Notes under the pieces: model-generated
Seen by the model: the letters and a program-made list of their open reading frames with translations, nothing else
The model's database searches: none
What the model was told of the DNA's origin: nothing
Assembly: GCF_035084215.1 (NCBI RefSeq)
Contig: NC_090328.1
Coordinates: forward strand, 92,380,001 to 92,444,000
DNA: 64,000 bases
Origin: Heptranchias perlo
Taxonomy: Eukaryota
Direction of reading: 5' to 3'
Part shown: piece by piece, positions 1 through 12,667 of the stretch
Numbering within the stretch: the stretch's first letter is position 1
Layout of the letters: each line of letters begins with the position of its first letter
Position numbers and translations under genes: made by a program

Positions 1-137
1 GGAAATCATGCCCAAATTTCCAATACATGTTTTTGATAGGTGAGACTCCCCACCAGTAACATGGACTCTTAAAATTACACCCAGAATGTGCGGGAGCTTC
101 ATTAGTATTTGAAAATCCATTTAAATGAATATGTTTT

Positions 138-275
138 CTTCACGCTGCTTCTGGCACCAAGGTAGGGATTGTGGCCTCCATACACTGTAGGTGGAAAATT
201 CTGTTCTCATGAGAGTTCCTGGCTGCAAAATACAAAGGTTGCAATCCCTGCCCTAGTGCTAGGAGCAGTGCGAAG
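138..275. repeat. Degenerate 40-bp inverted repeat (old MITE/hairpin remnant)
   Basis: 138-177 (cttcacgctgcttctggcaccaaggtagggattgtggcct) pairs with the reverse complement of 236-275; most mismatches are transitions. Confidence 0.55.
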
Positions 276-1700
276 AGGAGAGGGGGACCAAGTCCATTAT
301 ATTAGCGGCTGAACTTGGATAGAAGCATCACTGGGAGAAGTAGGCACAGGCTTGCACTGATTTGTATCAGCAAACATTGACCAAGCCCTCAAATGCTGAC
401 TGTCAGCATGGAACACTGAGCATTGCATGTATGCAAACATGTGCCCAACCTACAGCCCTCATGTGTATCACTAACTGACCATGTATTATGCAGATAGGGT
501 GTGTTACAAGGATTTGCTGTGTGAATTTTGCCTCTTTAAAATTTTGATGTGACAATAGTTCATCCTGTACATGTCCCATGCTATTGCATGACCATACATG
601 CTAAGCATTCAGAAGGCTATAAGACTTCATAAAGGGTTAGCAGTAAAATAAATTCTGATGACATACTTAGTGGCATGCATACTTGGAATAGGTATGTGTT
701 ACAGGAAACTGCGGGTTAGCATTATGTTGGCACCTTTCCTACAGTAAGCCATCTTCTACTTTTACAGTCAAATTCACAATGTGTTAAAGTGAGCAATCTA
801 TCTCTTGCCAGATGTTTCAGTTGACTCTTCCTTGAGGAGGGTGCCCTTAGGTGTCAACCAGGACAATCTTTCTGTGCCTCATTGTATAAGCATCTCAAGG
901 GCAAAGAGCGTGTTATTAGTGAAGATGTTCCAGTGAACAGCAAGCAAAATGTAATGAAGCTGTTTTCATTCCTGGGGGTTCACTCTGCCGGCACAAGAGC
1001 AGCACAGCAGAACCCCTGTCCGCCCTAGCTGAAAGATAGCGACCCTGTCCCATGTCCCAGGGATGGGGTCATTTGCATAACTGGGGTGGGTGGATTGTGC
1101 TGGTCCTGATACGCCTGCCCAGATGGCTCCAGGAATTTTGTGGCTCTAGTGTCCTTTTTATACTTTCTTTCCTTAGAGGGTAATTGTCAACCTCATTGCT
1201 AGCGTGGTAAACTGGTAATGCGGATTTTCCACTAAAGGGAAATGAAAATCAGATGGGTTCGATAATGGTTGAGCAATCTGCTGCATCAGTTTAGTGCCAA
1301 GTGTTAAAGGTGAAAATGAAGAATAAAATGTATTTTCATCTCACTTTTTTTTGGTTATTTTTTTCCTCTTTCCACATCCCCCTGTGCCAGGCACCATTTC
1401 TTCATTAATGGAGAACTGTTGCAAACCACAGTCTTTCACCATTCCTCACCCATTTGGAGCTTTTCCTGCAGCTTCAAGCACAGCGTTCTGACAGGGTATC
1501 AATTCTACTCTGAGTTGCAAAACTGACCATAACTGTTGTTTACAATTTGATCAGCTTCATGAAATAAAAAAATTATAGCACTCTGGTAGCAGCCAGAAAT
1601 AATTCCGCTCAAGTTTAGTGTTTACCTCAGGGTATTTAAAAATAATATCGTTCTAATCTGCATATTCTTACATCAGAATATTCAGATTAGTTTCCTGTAA

Positions 1701-2864
1701 TATAGAAAACAGGAGCAGGAGTAGGCCCTTCGGCCCTTCGAGCCTGCTCCGCCATTCAACATGATCATGGCTGATCCTCTATCTCAATACCATATTCCCG
1801 CTCTCTCCCCATACCCCTTGATGTCTTTTGTGTCTAGAAATCTATCTAGCTCCTTCTTAAATATATTCAGTGACTTAGCCTCCATAGCCTTCTGTGGTAG
1901 AGAATTCCACAGGTTCACCACCCTCTGAGTGAAGAAATTTCTCCTCATCTCAGTCCTAAATGTTCTATCCCGTATCCTGAGACTGTGACCCCTCGTTCTG
2001 GACCCCCAACCAGGGGAAACATCCTCCCTGCATCCAATCTGTCTAGCCTTGTCAGAATTTTATGTGTTTCAATGAGATCCCCTCTCATTCTTCTAAACTC
2101 AAGTGAATACAGGCCGAGCCGACCCAATCTCTCCTCATACGACAGTCCTGCCAGCCCAGCAATCAGTCTGGTGAACCTTCGCTGCACTCCCTCTATGGCA
2201 AGTATATCCTTTCTTAGGTAAGGAGACCAAAACTGCACACAATACTCCAGGTGTGGTCTCACCAGGGCCCTGTATAACTGCAGTAAGACATCCTTGCTCC
2301 TGTACTCAAATCCTCTTGCAATGAAGGCCAACATACCATTTGCCTTCCTAACTGTTTGCTGCACCTGCATGTTTGCTTTCAGTGACTGGTGTACAAGGAC
2401 ACCCAGGTCCCTTTGTACATCAACATTCCCCAATCTATCACCATTTAAATAATACTCTGCCTTTCTGTTCTTCCTTCCAAAGTGGATAACTTCACATTTA
2501 TCCACATTATACTGCATCTGCCATGTATTTGCCCACTCACTCAACTTGTCTAAATCGCCTTGAAGCCTCTTTGCATCCTCCTCACAACTCATAATCCCAC
2601 CGAGTTTTGTGTCATCAGCAAACTTGGAAATATTACATTTGGTTCCCTCATCCAAATCATTGATATATATTGTGAATATCTGGGGCCCAAGCACTGATCC
2701 CTGCGGTACCCCACTAGTCATTGCCTGCCACCCCAAAAAAGACCTATTTATTCCTACTCTCTGTTTCCTGTCTGTTAACCAATTTTCAATCCATGCCAGT
2801 ATATTATCCCCAATGCCATGTGCTTTAATTTTGCACACTAACCTCTTATGTGGGACTTTATCAA
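1701..2864 (-). mobile_element. CR1-clade LINE (HER1-like), 5'-truncated: RT C-terminal half plus 3' UTR
   Basis: ORF 1945-2838 has the RT motifs GVPQGSVLGP and KFADD and the CR1 motif RPHLEYCVQFWSP. The 3' tail reads gatcagccatgatc...gaatggcggagcaggctcgaagggccgaagggcctactcctgctcct on the minus strand. Confidence 0.95.
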
Positions 2865-3071
2865 TGTTGTACGTTTGATCACATCTGCTAATTATGCTGT
2901 TCCCCTTCTGATATTGCAGCTCTGTTGTGGTTCATTAATAATGATCTTCTCACCTCTGTAGTTAATTCACACTAATGCACAGCAGGTTACTTTACAGAAA
3001 AGAATTTACCGAATTGCTTTCAGACTTTGTCTCAACCACTTGAGCTTCCTGATCATAATTAAAACACAATG

Positions 3072-5322
3072 GGGCGCTAAATTGGGCTGTGTAGCATCCA
3101 TTGTTTTGGCGCCACACGGCCTCTCTAACATCCACGATGGCATCTTGGATGCGCACGCGCGTTTCCAGCGTGACGTGGGCCGGTCGCCATCTTGATATAG
3201 GAGTTAGCGCATGCACAAATACCAAACACCGGAAGCATGTAAAGTGGGGAGAAAATGCGTGCAATCAGTGTGCAATGCTGATTTAAAGTGATAGACACCA
3301 TTTTGGACCTTAATGCTCAACTCAACACACAGTCCTAACCCCGACCATCTGAACGTGTCTTACAGTGCCTGGAGGACCCCCCCATCAGTGCTATTTAAAG
3401 ATGCCGTGCAGGTGTTGCAGGTTAATTGCTGGATTATTGCTTCTGGCTGCTGGAGGAGTGGGAAGTGTTTTTTGAAGCTCCCTATTCTTACTGAGAGTTC
3501 CTGGATTACATTTGAGAGTGATTTGGCAGGTACCACCTTACAGGTCAGAAAATTAGAACTGTGGTTGAACAACATTCCTGCCAACCATGGGCGGTCTGCT
3601 AGGGCTCCCGCTGGGCATTGAGCATGACTGGGAGCATGCAGAGAGGTCACACATAGCAGGTCAAGCTGCGAGGAGCGGGAGGATGAGGAGGCGCAGGGCA
3701 CTGAGCAGGAGGCCCTAACCAATGAGGGCCTTCCGGGACCAATTCTCTTACCTCAACATGACCGAGGAGGATTGCATCCGACACCTGAGGTTCACCAAGG
3801 AAGCAGGGTGAGGACAGCATTACCTGTGGCTGTGAAGGTCACTATGGAGCTGAATTTCTACAGCTCAGGAGCATTTCAGGCCTCTGCTGGCGACATGTGC
3901 AACATCTCGCAGTATGCAGTGCACTGCTGCATAAGGGAGGTCACAGAAGCACTATACCAGATGATGAACAGGTTCATCACCTTCCCTCGCCACAGAGACA
4001 AGCAGAACAAGCGAGCACGGGGGTTCACCCGCATTGCTGGCTTCCCCATGGTGCAGGGTGTCATTGACTATACGCACATTGCTCTGCGTGCCCCGCACAT
4101 CAACTCAGCCGTGTTCGTCAACTGAAAGGGCTTCCACTCCCTCAACGTGCAACTGGTGTGCGACCACACGCATCAAATCACGGAGGTTGATGCCCGCTAC
4201 TCTGGGAATAGTCACAACGCCTTTTTCATGCAGCAGTCCAATGTGCCAGCTATCTTTCACCCGCCTTGGCAAGTCAAACGCTGGCTACTGGGTGACAAGG
4301 GCTATCCCCTCACACCGTGGCTCATGACACCGGCCAGCAACCCACGCACACATACACAGCAGGCCTACAATGAGAGCCATGCTGCCACATGCAACATTGT
4401 GCAGCACACCATAGGCCTCCTCAAACAACACTTCCGCTGCCTGGACCGGTCTGAAGGAGCCCTGCAGTACTCCCCTGAGTGGGTGGGCAGATTTGTGGTG
4501 GTCTGCTGCATGCTGCACAACCTCGCTATCATGAGGGACCAGCCTTTGCCGCCAATGATTGGAGAAGACCCTGAACCAGAGGTGGAGGAGGAGGAGGAAG
4601 AGGCTGAGGAGGAGGAGGAGGAGGGGGTGGAGCCGGAAGAGGAAGTGGAGGATGATGCAAGGGTGCAACAGGAACCATGCCTTGTCTGCAAGGGCTGTGC
4701 GTGCTCGTCTGATCCATGCTCGCTATCAACAATTTGAACTACATCCCCCAACTCAACAACAGTCCTACACTCCCACCTTTCCCCTCCCACAAGATAATCA
4801 AATCACCCTCCATCTGATTACACATTGATGTCCCTTTCAGCTCATTGCATAAATAAAAACCACCACCAAATGCAAAATCAAAGTCTCATTTATCAATGAA
4901 TAAATGAAATTATGGAAACAGAACAGAACTATCCACCCTTGTGCATTCCCTTAATGCCTGTTGTTCGTGTGCCTTTACCTATCCTAGTGCTCCTACGAGG
5001 TGCTCCCCCAGTGGCTGGAGCATGGGTGGTGGGAGGCTGCTGGTCTTCAATGGAGGACTGTACAGATGGCCTTGGAGGATAACCTCGAGCAGCTCTGGCC
5101 CAGCTTCAAGTTGCACCATCACAGCATGGGCTGCAGCAGTCTGGCCTGGCTGGCCAATAGGCAACAACAGGGGCACTGGCAGAGTGGCAGGAGTGGGAGC
5201 AGGAAGGCTGTTGTCCTGAGAGAGTTGTCCTGACTGCCATGGTGCCACTGCCACTTTCCCGGGGTGGCGCCTCAGCAATCCTGGTGATCAGCTGGAGAAC
5301 GGATCGCTGGACTGCTGTGACG
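3072..5322 (+). mobile_element. PIF/Harbinger DNA transposon, copy A (right part lost)
   Basis: Left TIR GGGCGCTAAATTGG matches the TIR of copy C at 40599. It holds a HARBI1-like transposase and, convergently, the last exon of the accessory Myb-type gene (homologous to 32350-32750). Confidence 0.9.
3587..4737 (+). pseudogene. Harbinger (HARBI1-like, DDE_Tnp_4) transposase, disrupted
   Basis: Track ORFs 3772-4125 and 4147-4737 give GFPMVQGVIDYTHI, LLGDKGYPL, YNESHAATCNIVQHTIGLLKQHFRCLD, CCMLHNL and an acidic tail. It has stops and frameshifts, PGSxHD is decayed, and the catalytic Glu reads Gln. Confidence 0.9.
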
Positions 5323-5337
5323 CCCCGTGATTTTCAT

Positions 5338-5522
5338 GAAACATAGAAACATAGAAAAGAGGAGCAGGAGTAGGCCATTCGGCCATTCGAGCCTGTTCCG
5401 CCATTCAATATGATCATGGCTGATCCTCTATCTCAACACCGTATTCCCGTTATCTACCCATACCTCTTGCTGCCTTTTGTGTCTAGAAATCTATCTAGCT
5501 CCTTCTTAAATATATTCAGTGA
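5338..5522 (-). mobile_element. HER1-like CR1 3'-end fragment
   Basis: Nearly identical to 1701-1872, with a (tttctatg)n tail and a possible ATGAA target duplication. Confidence 0.9.
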
Positions 5523-6111
5523 ATGAAGTTTATATATTCAGTGAATTAAGTTTCTGCATTTGCACAATAATTGGCCGTTAAATTCGCCAAAGTGAAATCT
5601 GGTAATTAACTGTGTAAGTACCCTTTTAATGATGTGATCATTGTTAATGACTGCCAATCAACCTCTCCTGCCCTGAAAGTTGACAATTAAAAGTGTGGAG
5701 TCTCATTCCTTCAGATTGTGAATTGTTGTTGGAGATTTTAAAAACATCAAATTTAAATTTTATATATTTTTTTGTACTTTACCTTTCTGTCTCTTTTTTC
5801 TCTCTCTCTCTCTTAATCCAATGTTTCTTTCCCTCTCTTTAGTTCTTTCTCTGTACCTGATTTGACATTGAATTCACTCACTCTAATTCCTCTGTTTCTT
5901 TCTCAATCTTTAAATCTCATTGGTTAAGGAGATACACTGTTTGTCCCGCCGTTCACTAAGGTCCCTGTTGCCCTGTTGCCCTCGTCATGCCCTTATCAGC
6001 TCGCTCATCCAGCAACTTTGTGGGCAAAAAATTTTTGTGCTGAAGGATGCAGGAAAAAGTCTAACTAACCAGGCACACCGCGAGATGCCTCACTCCAATG
6101 GACCTTGGCCC
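5523..6111. mobile_element. Non-autonomous DNA transposon fragment (family of 52406-53176)
   Basis: Shares blocks with 52700-53030 (ttaatgactg..aa.caacctct, gtggagtctcattccttcagatt, gttaaggagatacac) and ends in ...ggccc followed by aat. Confidence 0.7.
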
Positions 6112-7227
6112 AATATCTATATTTGAAACAATGGTCTCCTGTGGTGGATATAAATAGATGTTTGTTTTGTTGGAATTAAAAAGTACACACTAAGGGGTAG
6201 ACATTTGGCTTCTGCATTCACCAGCCTCCGATTTCCCTCCATTAGAGTGACCGGGTGGAGAACCACAGGTTGGTGAACATGGAAAGGGAATTTCTACTTG
6301 TAAAAACAGCCATTCCAGGGAACCGAGTGAGGCAGGGCATCAGTTCACTGCTTCTACCTCTGAGTCCATCGCAAAGGGTACAACACTTCTTTAATTGTGG
6401 CAAAATGGAATGCCAATTTAATGCACCGTGTTTTGTCACAAGCCATGAAATAAAGGTTCCTAGCTCTCTTCTTACACATTATATCTATTGATGGTAGATT
6501 AAACATTTCTTCCTCCCCATATAATACATTGAGTTATTAATTGCAAACAACTTGTATGGTATCAAACATTAACTCCTAAGTCCACAATGCATTCATACAT
6601 TGAGAAAAGATGATAAATGGCATCCTGGTAATATAATGGGTGGAAATACTGCAAATAACAAAACTAAACATAAGAAAAGGCCAGTAAGACTATAGATTCT
6701 GGTGAGTAAGGATGATTAATATTGATTGTGAAGCACCCCACCCCATCCTAAAAAATCCCCAGCAATTAATAAAGAATGAATTCATCAGACATCGCAGCAA
6801 AGAACTGTGAAAAGAATGTTACAGTAATTCTGCATACATTTTATACATGTCGCTTTTACTGAATAAACAAAATGTGAAGGCTGCTCTATGGGTTATATGT
6901 CTATACTGTATTCCTTGGCACCTGAGGTAGCACAGAGGCGCCCAGGAGTCTGTGATGCTATAATGGCGGCCTGTCAACAGGAGTGTATTGCCAGCGTTCC
7001 GAAGCTGCAAAGTTTGTCATGGTTGAATTGTCATTAATGTAAATATCTGATCAAGAAGATCTGAAGCCCAGCTTGTAATGTAGCTCTACTATCCTTCTTA
7101 TCTCACTTACATACACAATATTTTAAAATATTCCGGAAAGCAGTTCTGCAAAGCATAGCTTCTTTACAAGAGAGGATCGCCCTGTGCTGAAGCAGGAGTC
7201 GGAGCACAAAACCAACCTGAATCTGAG

Positions 7228-7490
7228 TCTCTCAAGTTGATGTAAAAGATCCCACGGCACTATTTCAAAGAAGAGCAGGGGAGTTCTCCCAGTGTCCTGG
7301 CCAATATTTATCCCTCAATCAAAATCAGTAAAAACAGATAATCTGGTCATTATCACATTACTGTTCGTGGGACCTTGCTGTGCATAAATTGGGTGCTGCG
7401 TTTCCCTTCATTACAACAGTGACTGTAAAGCGCTTTGGGATTTCCTGAGATCATGAAAGGCACTATATAAATGCAAGTATTTCTTTCTTT
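7228..7490 (+). mobile_element. Deu-domain SINE (SacSINE1/AmnSINE1-related), 5'-truncated
   Basis: gatgtaaaagatccc..ggcactattt.aaagaagagcaggggagttctccc...tatataaatgcaag; collinear with 15540-15828. Confidence 0.85.
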
Positions 7491-7752
7491 AGCTTCTAAA
7501 CAACTTATTGACAAAATGCTTTATTTTTAAAATGTTAGTTTAAGAGCTGTGAGGTTTTTTTTGTAGTCTCTTCCAGGATTTACACACACTTAGGTAGTCT
7601 ACTTTTAGTCCATACACATACAGGATATACATGCCAAAATGGTACAATTCATGCTGAACTGTATTAAAATGGTAAATATAGCTCCTGACTAGGCCTATAA
7701 AAAGACTGGCCACACAAAAATCAATGTCAGCTAGTAGATGTGCTGCATGAGA

Positions 7753-7990
7753 GACATAAGAACATAAGAAATAGGAGCAGGAGTAGGCGATAGGGCCCTC
7801 AAGCTTGCTCTGCCATTCAATAAGATCATGGCTGATCTTCGACCTCAACTCCACTTTCCCGCCCTATCCCCATATCCCTTGATTCCCTTAGAGTCCAAAA
7901 ATCTGTCGCTCTCAGCCTTGAATATACTCAACGACTGAGCGTCCACAGGCCTCTGGGGTGGGGAATTCTAAAGATTCACAACCCTCTGAG
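7753..7990 (-). mobile_element. HER1-like CR1 3' end
   Basis: acataagaacataagaaataggagcaggagtaggc... tail, the same as at 31408 and 21840-21928. Confidence 0.9.
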
Positions 7991-9244
7991 AGACCATTGC
8001 TTGACATCAGTGAGGCCAATCAATCTAAGTCATTTCTGGTTGAATAACATTTCAGCCCCTTGGTTTCTGTGAAAGAGGTCTTCAACTACTGATGGTTATT
8101 CAGTATGTATGAGAAAAAAACTCTATGGGACACATGGCGGGGGGTGGAAAACGGGTCATTACTTTGCATTGATAATACTTTCCCTTATAGTTTAATAGAA
8201 AGAATATGGAATAGGTGTGTTATTTGATGTTCAATTTTTTTTGCTGTTACAAAACCTGATTTGGCTCACACGTTCTGATTTCAGTACTATAAACTAGAGT
8301 TATTCTTTGGTCCTGTGAAATTCAAGGGACTATTAATTAATCCGGCACTCCCAGTAGGGAGCAGTACCAACTCGCAGGGAGCACATAATGCCCAGAATTT
8401 CCCAATTACATGCTCTTTGTGAGTGCAGTTACCTGCTAGGAGTGCTAGATTGCAGGATCACTGCATCAATGAATTTTAGTACTGAATTTTCCTCTTGATA
8501 CCAGCTAATGGCTGGTGGACAATGTGCAAAATGGGGCACGGATCCGTAGTACGATGGTGGGCACCTGATGGGCTTCAGTGCTTTGGGCACAGAAAATGAG
8601 ACCTGCGACATGCCCGAGGTGCCCACTGAGTCCCAATGAGGGCGATGAGCACAAAGAGGGCCATGTCCTTCCACCCAAGCTGTATGTTAACTCATTAGGC
8701 TCCTGATTCTTATGTCAAGTAGGCAGCCAGTCCATAACACAACGGGAGCACCTGAGCAATGGTCGCTGAAGGGCAGGCGCCATTAATATTTGAAAACAAA
8801 ATTTGAACACTGCTGCCCTTTGCCTTTCCTATCCATCCTGGACCACTGGCACCGGTGTCTCCTATGGCGGGTAGTCCCATTCCCTGCAGTGTCCCATTGC
8901 ATACCAGTGCCCCTCCACCCCACATTGGGAAAGTGCAGTCCTTCACTGACTGGTGGAGCCCGATAATGCAGCTCTGGCATTCCTGAGGATTCTTAAGGGA
9001 TGTGTCCAGAGCACCAACAATGTATGTAAATGTGATGACAGTGCATTATCCGGTGGGGTTGGCACGTTTGTACTCAGGTGCGCACACTGTCCATGCCTGT
9101 GGTACAGTACTCAGGCATCATTATCAAACTCATAGTGTAGAAGTAAGGGTCTTCCAAAGCTCTTCTAGAAACATGACCTAGTTTATCTGGGTCCTGGCCT
9201 AATTTGAGGCCATTTTGGCATGCACCCATTGAATTTCAAGCTCT

Positions 9245-9672
9245 CAGAAAGAGCTATCCAATTTTGTCCCACATCCCAGTGTTTTCCCCATAACTCTGCA
9301 AATTAGTCCTCTTCAATTACATGTCCAATTGCCTTTTGAAAGTTCCTATGAAATCTGCTTCCACCACCCTTTCAGGTAGTGTGTTCCAGATCTTAAAACC
9401 TTCGCCATGAAAAAATTTCTCCTCATTTCCCCTCTAGTTCTTTTGCCAATTATTTTAAATCTATGACCTTTGGTTACCGACCCACTTGCCCGAGGAAACA
9501 GTTTCGCTCTACTTGCTCTATAAAAACTCCTCATAATTTTGAATAACTCTATTAGGTCTCCCCTTAAACGTCTCTGCTCTAAAGAGAACAATCTCTCCAC
9601 ATAACTGAAGCCCCTCTTTCCTGGTATTATCCTGGTAAACCTCCTCTGTACTCTCTCCAAGGCCTTGATATC
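9245..9672 (-). mobile_element. CR1 LINE 3' fragment
   Basis: ORF 9346-9705 encodes DIKALERVQRRFTR...FSLEQRRLRGDLIE, the CR1 ORF2 C-terminus. Confidence 0.9.
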
Positions 9673-10312
9673 CTCCTGCAGGTCTCTGGCCGCGGTCTCC
9701 TGCAATAATTGGCCGACTCCAGCCTGCTAGCCTGATATTATTCACTCCGGGTTCAGGCGGGAGTTGGGCCTGGTATATTTAAATGTGGCTAAAGCCTCAA
9801 GTCGTCGACCCAGGGTGAGTCTAAAGCTCGCCCTACTGGCCTCATGTTTGCCCCTCACCCCCAATTAAAATTTGGACTTTCTACCTAAAAGTCTTTTATT
9901 TAGGTGAGGTGCATAGGTCTGATTTGTAAGCAAGCTATTTTGTTTCCAAAGTAAAATCTTCAAATCTCAAGTGGGCAACCTTGTAACAATTATGTCATTC
10001 AGAAATTATTTTATCTAAATCATGCAGATTACTATCAAAAATGCAAAGTCAACAACATTTGCTACAAAAAGCAATAAGATGAAACACCTAGATCAGCAAG
10101 ATTCAAAAATAGGTTCAAAGTCCTGTGTCATTGAATATTTCTGCTAATGTGCTTCTTACAGAGCAGCTATTTTAGTAATACCATAGATGACAGATTGAGT
10201 TTCAAGCAATTTTTATTAGATATGTACATTGTTTAAGAATTATTATTGGATTTTGGCAGATGGGAGATGGGTGATGGTAGAACCTACCATCTGGCTTAAT
10301 TGCCTCATGGTA

Positions 10313-11410
10313 TTTTTTTTTATTCGTTCATGGGATGTGGGTGTCGTTGGCGAGGCCGGCATTTATTGCCCATCCCTAATTGCCTTTGAGAAGGTGGTGG
10401 TGAGCCGCCTCTTGAACCGCTGCAGTCCGTGTGGTGAAGGTTCTCCCACAGTGCTGTTAGGTAGGGAGTTCCAGGATTTTGACCAAGCAACGATGAAGGA
10501 ACGGCGATATATTTCCAAGTCGAGATGGTGTGCGACTCGGAGGGGAATGTGCAGGTGGTGTTGTTCCCATGTGCCTGCTGCCCTTGTCCTTCCAGGTGGT
10601 AGAGGTCGTGGGCTTGGGAGGTGCGTCAAAGAAGCCTTGGCGAGTTGCTGCAGTGCATCCTGTGGATGGTACACACTGCAGCCGCTGTGCGCTGGTGGTG
10701 GAGGGAGTGAATGTTTAGGGTGGTGGATGGGGTGCCAATCAAGCGGGCGGCTTTGTCCTGGATGGTGTCGAGTTTCTTGAGTGTTGTTGGAGCTGCACTC
10801 ATCCAGGCAAGTGGAGAGTATTCTATCACACTCCTGACTTGTGCCTTGTAGATGGTGGAAAGGTTTTGGGGAGTCAGGGGGTGAGTCACTTGCTTCAGAA
10901 TACCCAGCCTGTGACCTGCTCTTGTAGCCACAGTATTTATGTGGCTGGTCCAGTTAAGTTTCTGGTCAATGGTGACCCCCAGGATGTTGATGGTGGGGGA
11001 TTCGGCGATGGTAATGCCGTTAAATGTCAAGGGAGGGGGTGGTTAAATTCTCTCTTGTTGGAGATGGTCATTGCCTGGCACTTGTCTGGCGCGAATGTTA
11101 CTTGCCACTTGTCAGCCCAAGCCTGGACGTTGTCCAGGTCTTGCTGCATGCGGGCACAAACTGCCTCATTATCTGAGGGGTTGCGAAAGGAACTGAACAC
11201 TGTGCAATCATCAGCGAACATCCCTATTTCTGACCTTATGTTGGAGGGAAGGTCATTGATGAAGCAGCTGAAGATGGTTGGGCCTAAGATACTGCCCTGA
11301 GGAGCTCCTGCAGCAATGCCCTGGGGCTGAGATGATTGGCCTCCAACAACCATCGTCCTTTGTGCGAGGGATGACTCCAGCCACCGGAGAGTTTTCCCCC
11401 TGATTCCCAA
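10313..11410 (-). mobile_element. LINE of a second, divergent CR1-group lineage; 5'-truncated RT with A-rich tail
   Basis: ORFs 11027-11410 (APQGSILGP, MFADD), 10626-11030 (IYKAQVRSVIEYSPLAW) and 10363-10674 (SWNSLP) are successive frameshifted pieces. It ends ...cacatcccatgaacgaataaaaaaaa. Confidence 0.9.
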
Positions 11411-11438
11411 TATGGCTGACTAAAAATATTATGGGTTA

Positions 11439-11564
11439 GGGGGTGAAATTCATCCTGGGCGGTAGTACATTAACTTCAATGGAAAATAAAATCAGGAGTA
11501 TAAAACCATCTGCCGATGTGCTGTTGGCCATTTTGCACTGCTGCCCAAAGCAAATTTCACACCC
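11439..11564. mobile_element. Short MITE with G-rich TIRs
   Basis: GGGGGTGAAATT...AATTTCACACCC termini and an inner tgggcggtagt/actgctgccca inverted pair. Confidence 0.65.
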
Positions 11565-12269
11565 AGGGCCTTTTAATGATAGTCTGATTATAGGAATTAT
11601 GCAGTTGAAAATCCACAGCGGGGCACATTCTGCAGTAAGTGCTGGAATGTACCTGCTCAGGATGGTCCATTGCAGATCCCACCAACAGTTACGGGGTCGG
11701 GACAGATCCTCTGATTTGCTTGGCCAATTTGAGCACCTGTACCACTCGGGGTACATCTCGGGCACCTGCCTTCCACTGGGGGTTGTGATTATCAGCATAA
11801 GTTTGCCAGTCCAGAGGGTTTCATATGTGAGGCTAGGACGTGGAATATCTGCATCCTGGCCTAATTTCCCGCTTTTCTTGCACACACCTGCTGAACTCAT
11901 GGAAGGAATACAAGGGTCACTGATTTTTGGTCCATACATGTGTGTAAAGGACATATCTTCATTGTTGCAGGATCATCATGATAGGATGATGTGATGTGAT
12001 GATCTGAAAAATAAATAATAAAATCCACAGATGGCTCCACTTAAGATAAATTCTGATGAGAGCAAATTCCACTTGAAAGCAAATTTGCATGGACTTGCCC
12101 TTGTTCATTTCCAGATGACCATGTTTCTAATAAGTAAAATTGATTCCTATAGTTTACATATCGGAGCCTATTTTCACCTTCAGGTATAAGTGGGTTTTAA
12201 TTTGGTTAGTGCCGTTTTAAGGCCCATCAGAACCTCAAGTGCAAAAAAAACTCAATTCTCCAGTGTGAG

Positions 12270-12568
12270 CTTGAGTGTTGCCGACTGGCACACTCCAGGG
12301 TCCAGGAGTACATGCTGCAGAATGCACTGAGGCGAGGTGCGACCTACACAAAGGCTCTATGGGGAAAGACCACGAGGTAAGGCCACCCCCCCTTGTATTG
12401 TACACCATGAGTCATAAGAAATACTGTTTAAATTGTAATAATGAGATCGCTTTGTGTACGATCTGCAGTGTTCATGGTTTGAAATGTACTGGTTTGAAAT
12501 TGTGATATTTACTTTGAACTTTGTACCTTTAAATGAAATAAAGTATATTTTGAAATTTAAAAAAAAAA
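12270..12568 (+). mobile_element. Tx1-type (L1 group) LINE 3' end
   Basis: 12273-12380 translates ECCRLAHSRVQEYMLQNALRRGATYTKALWGKTTR*, which I recall as a Tx1-like ORF2 C-terminus. A T-rich 3' UTR, AATAAA near 12537 and poly(A) at 12559-12568 follow. Confidence 0.7.
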
Positions 12569-12667
12569 TTGTACCATTTACAACACCAGGTGCTGACTCA
12601 GATGCAACCAAGGATGACACCACTGGTAGGAGAGGAAATTTTTGTGTAAGTTAAACTTAAACTTAGT

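Noticed and set aside
3587-4737. Possible host gene HARBI1
   Set aside because: It is disrupted, TIR-associated and has three similar copies in the window, so it is a transposon remnant rather than the domesticated gene.
4285-4828. Poly-Leu/Ser/Pro/Arg ORFs
   Set aside because: These are alternative frames of the (GAG)n run encoding the acidic tail of the transposase.
5322-5545. LINE fragment apparently bridging a deletion between two truncated DNA transposons
   Set aside because: A likely ATGAA duplication flanks the LINE, and the catgaa|gtt motif of the right-hand element spans it, so an ordinary insertion is simpler.
11436-11994. Overlapping 172-aa and 183-aa ORFs
   Set aside because: No recognisable domain; they run through a MITE and a probable non-autonomous element.
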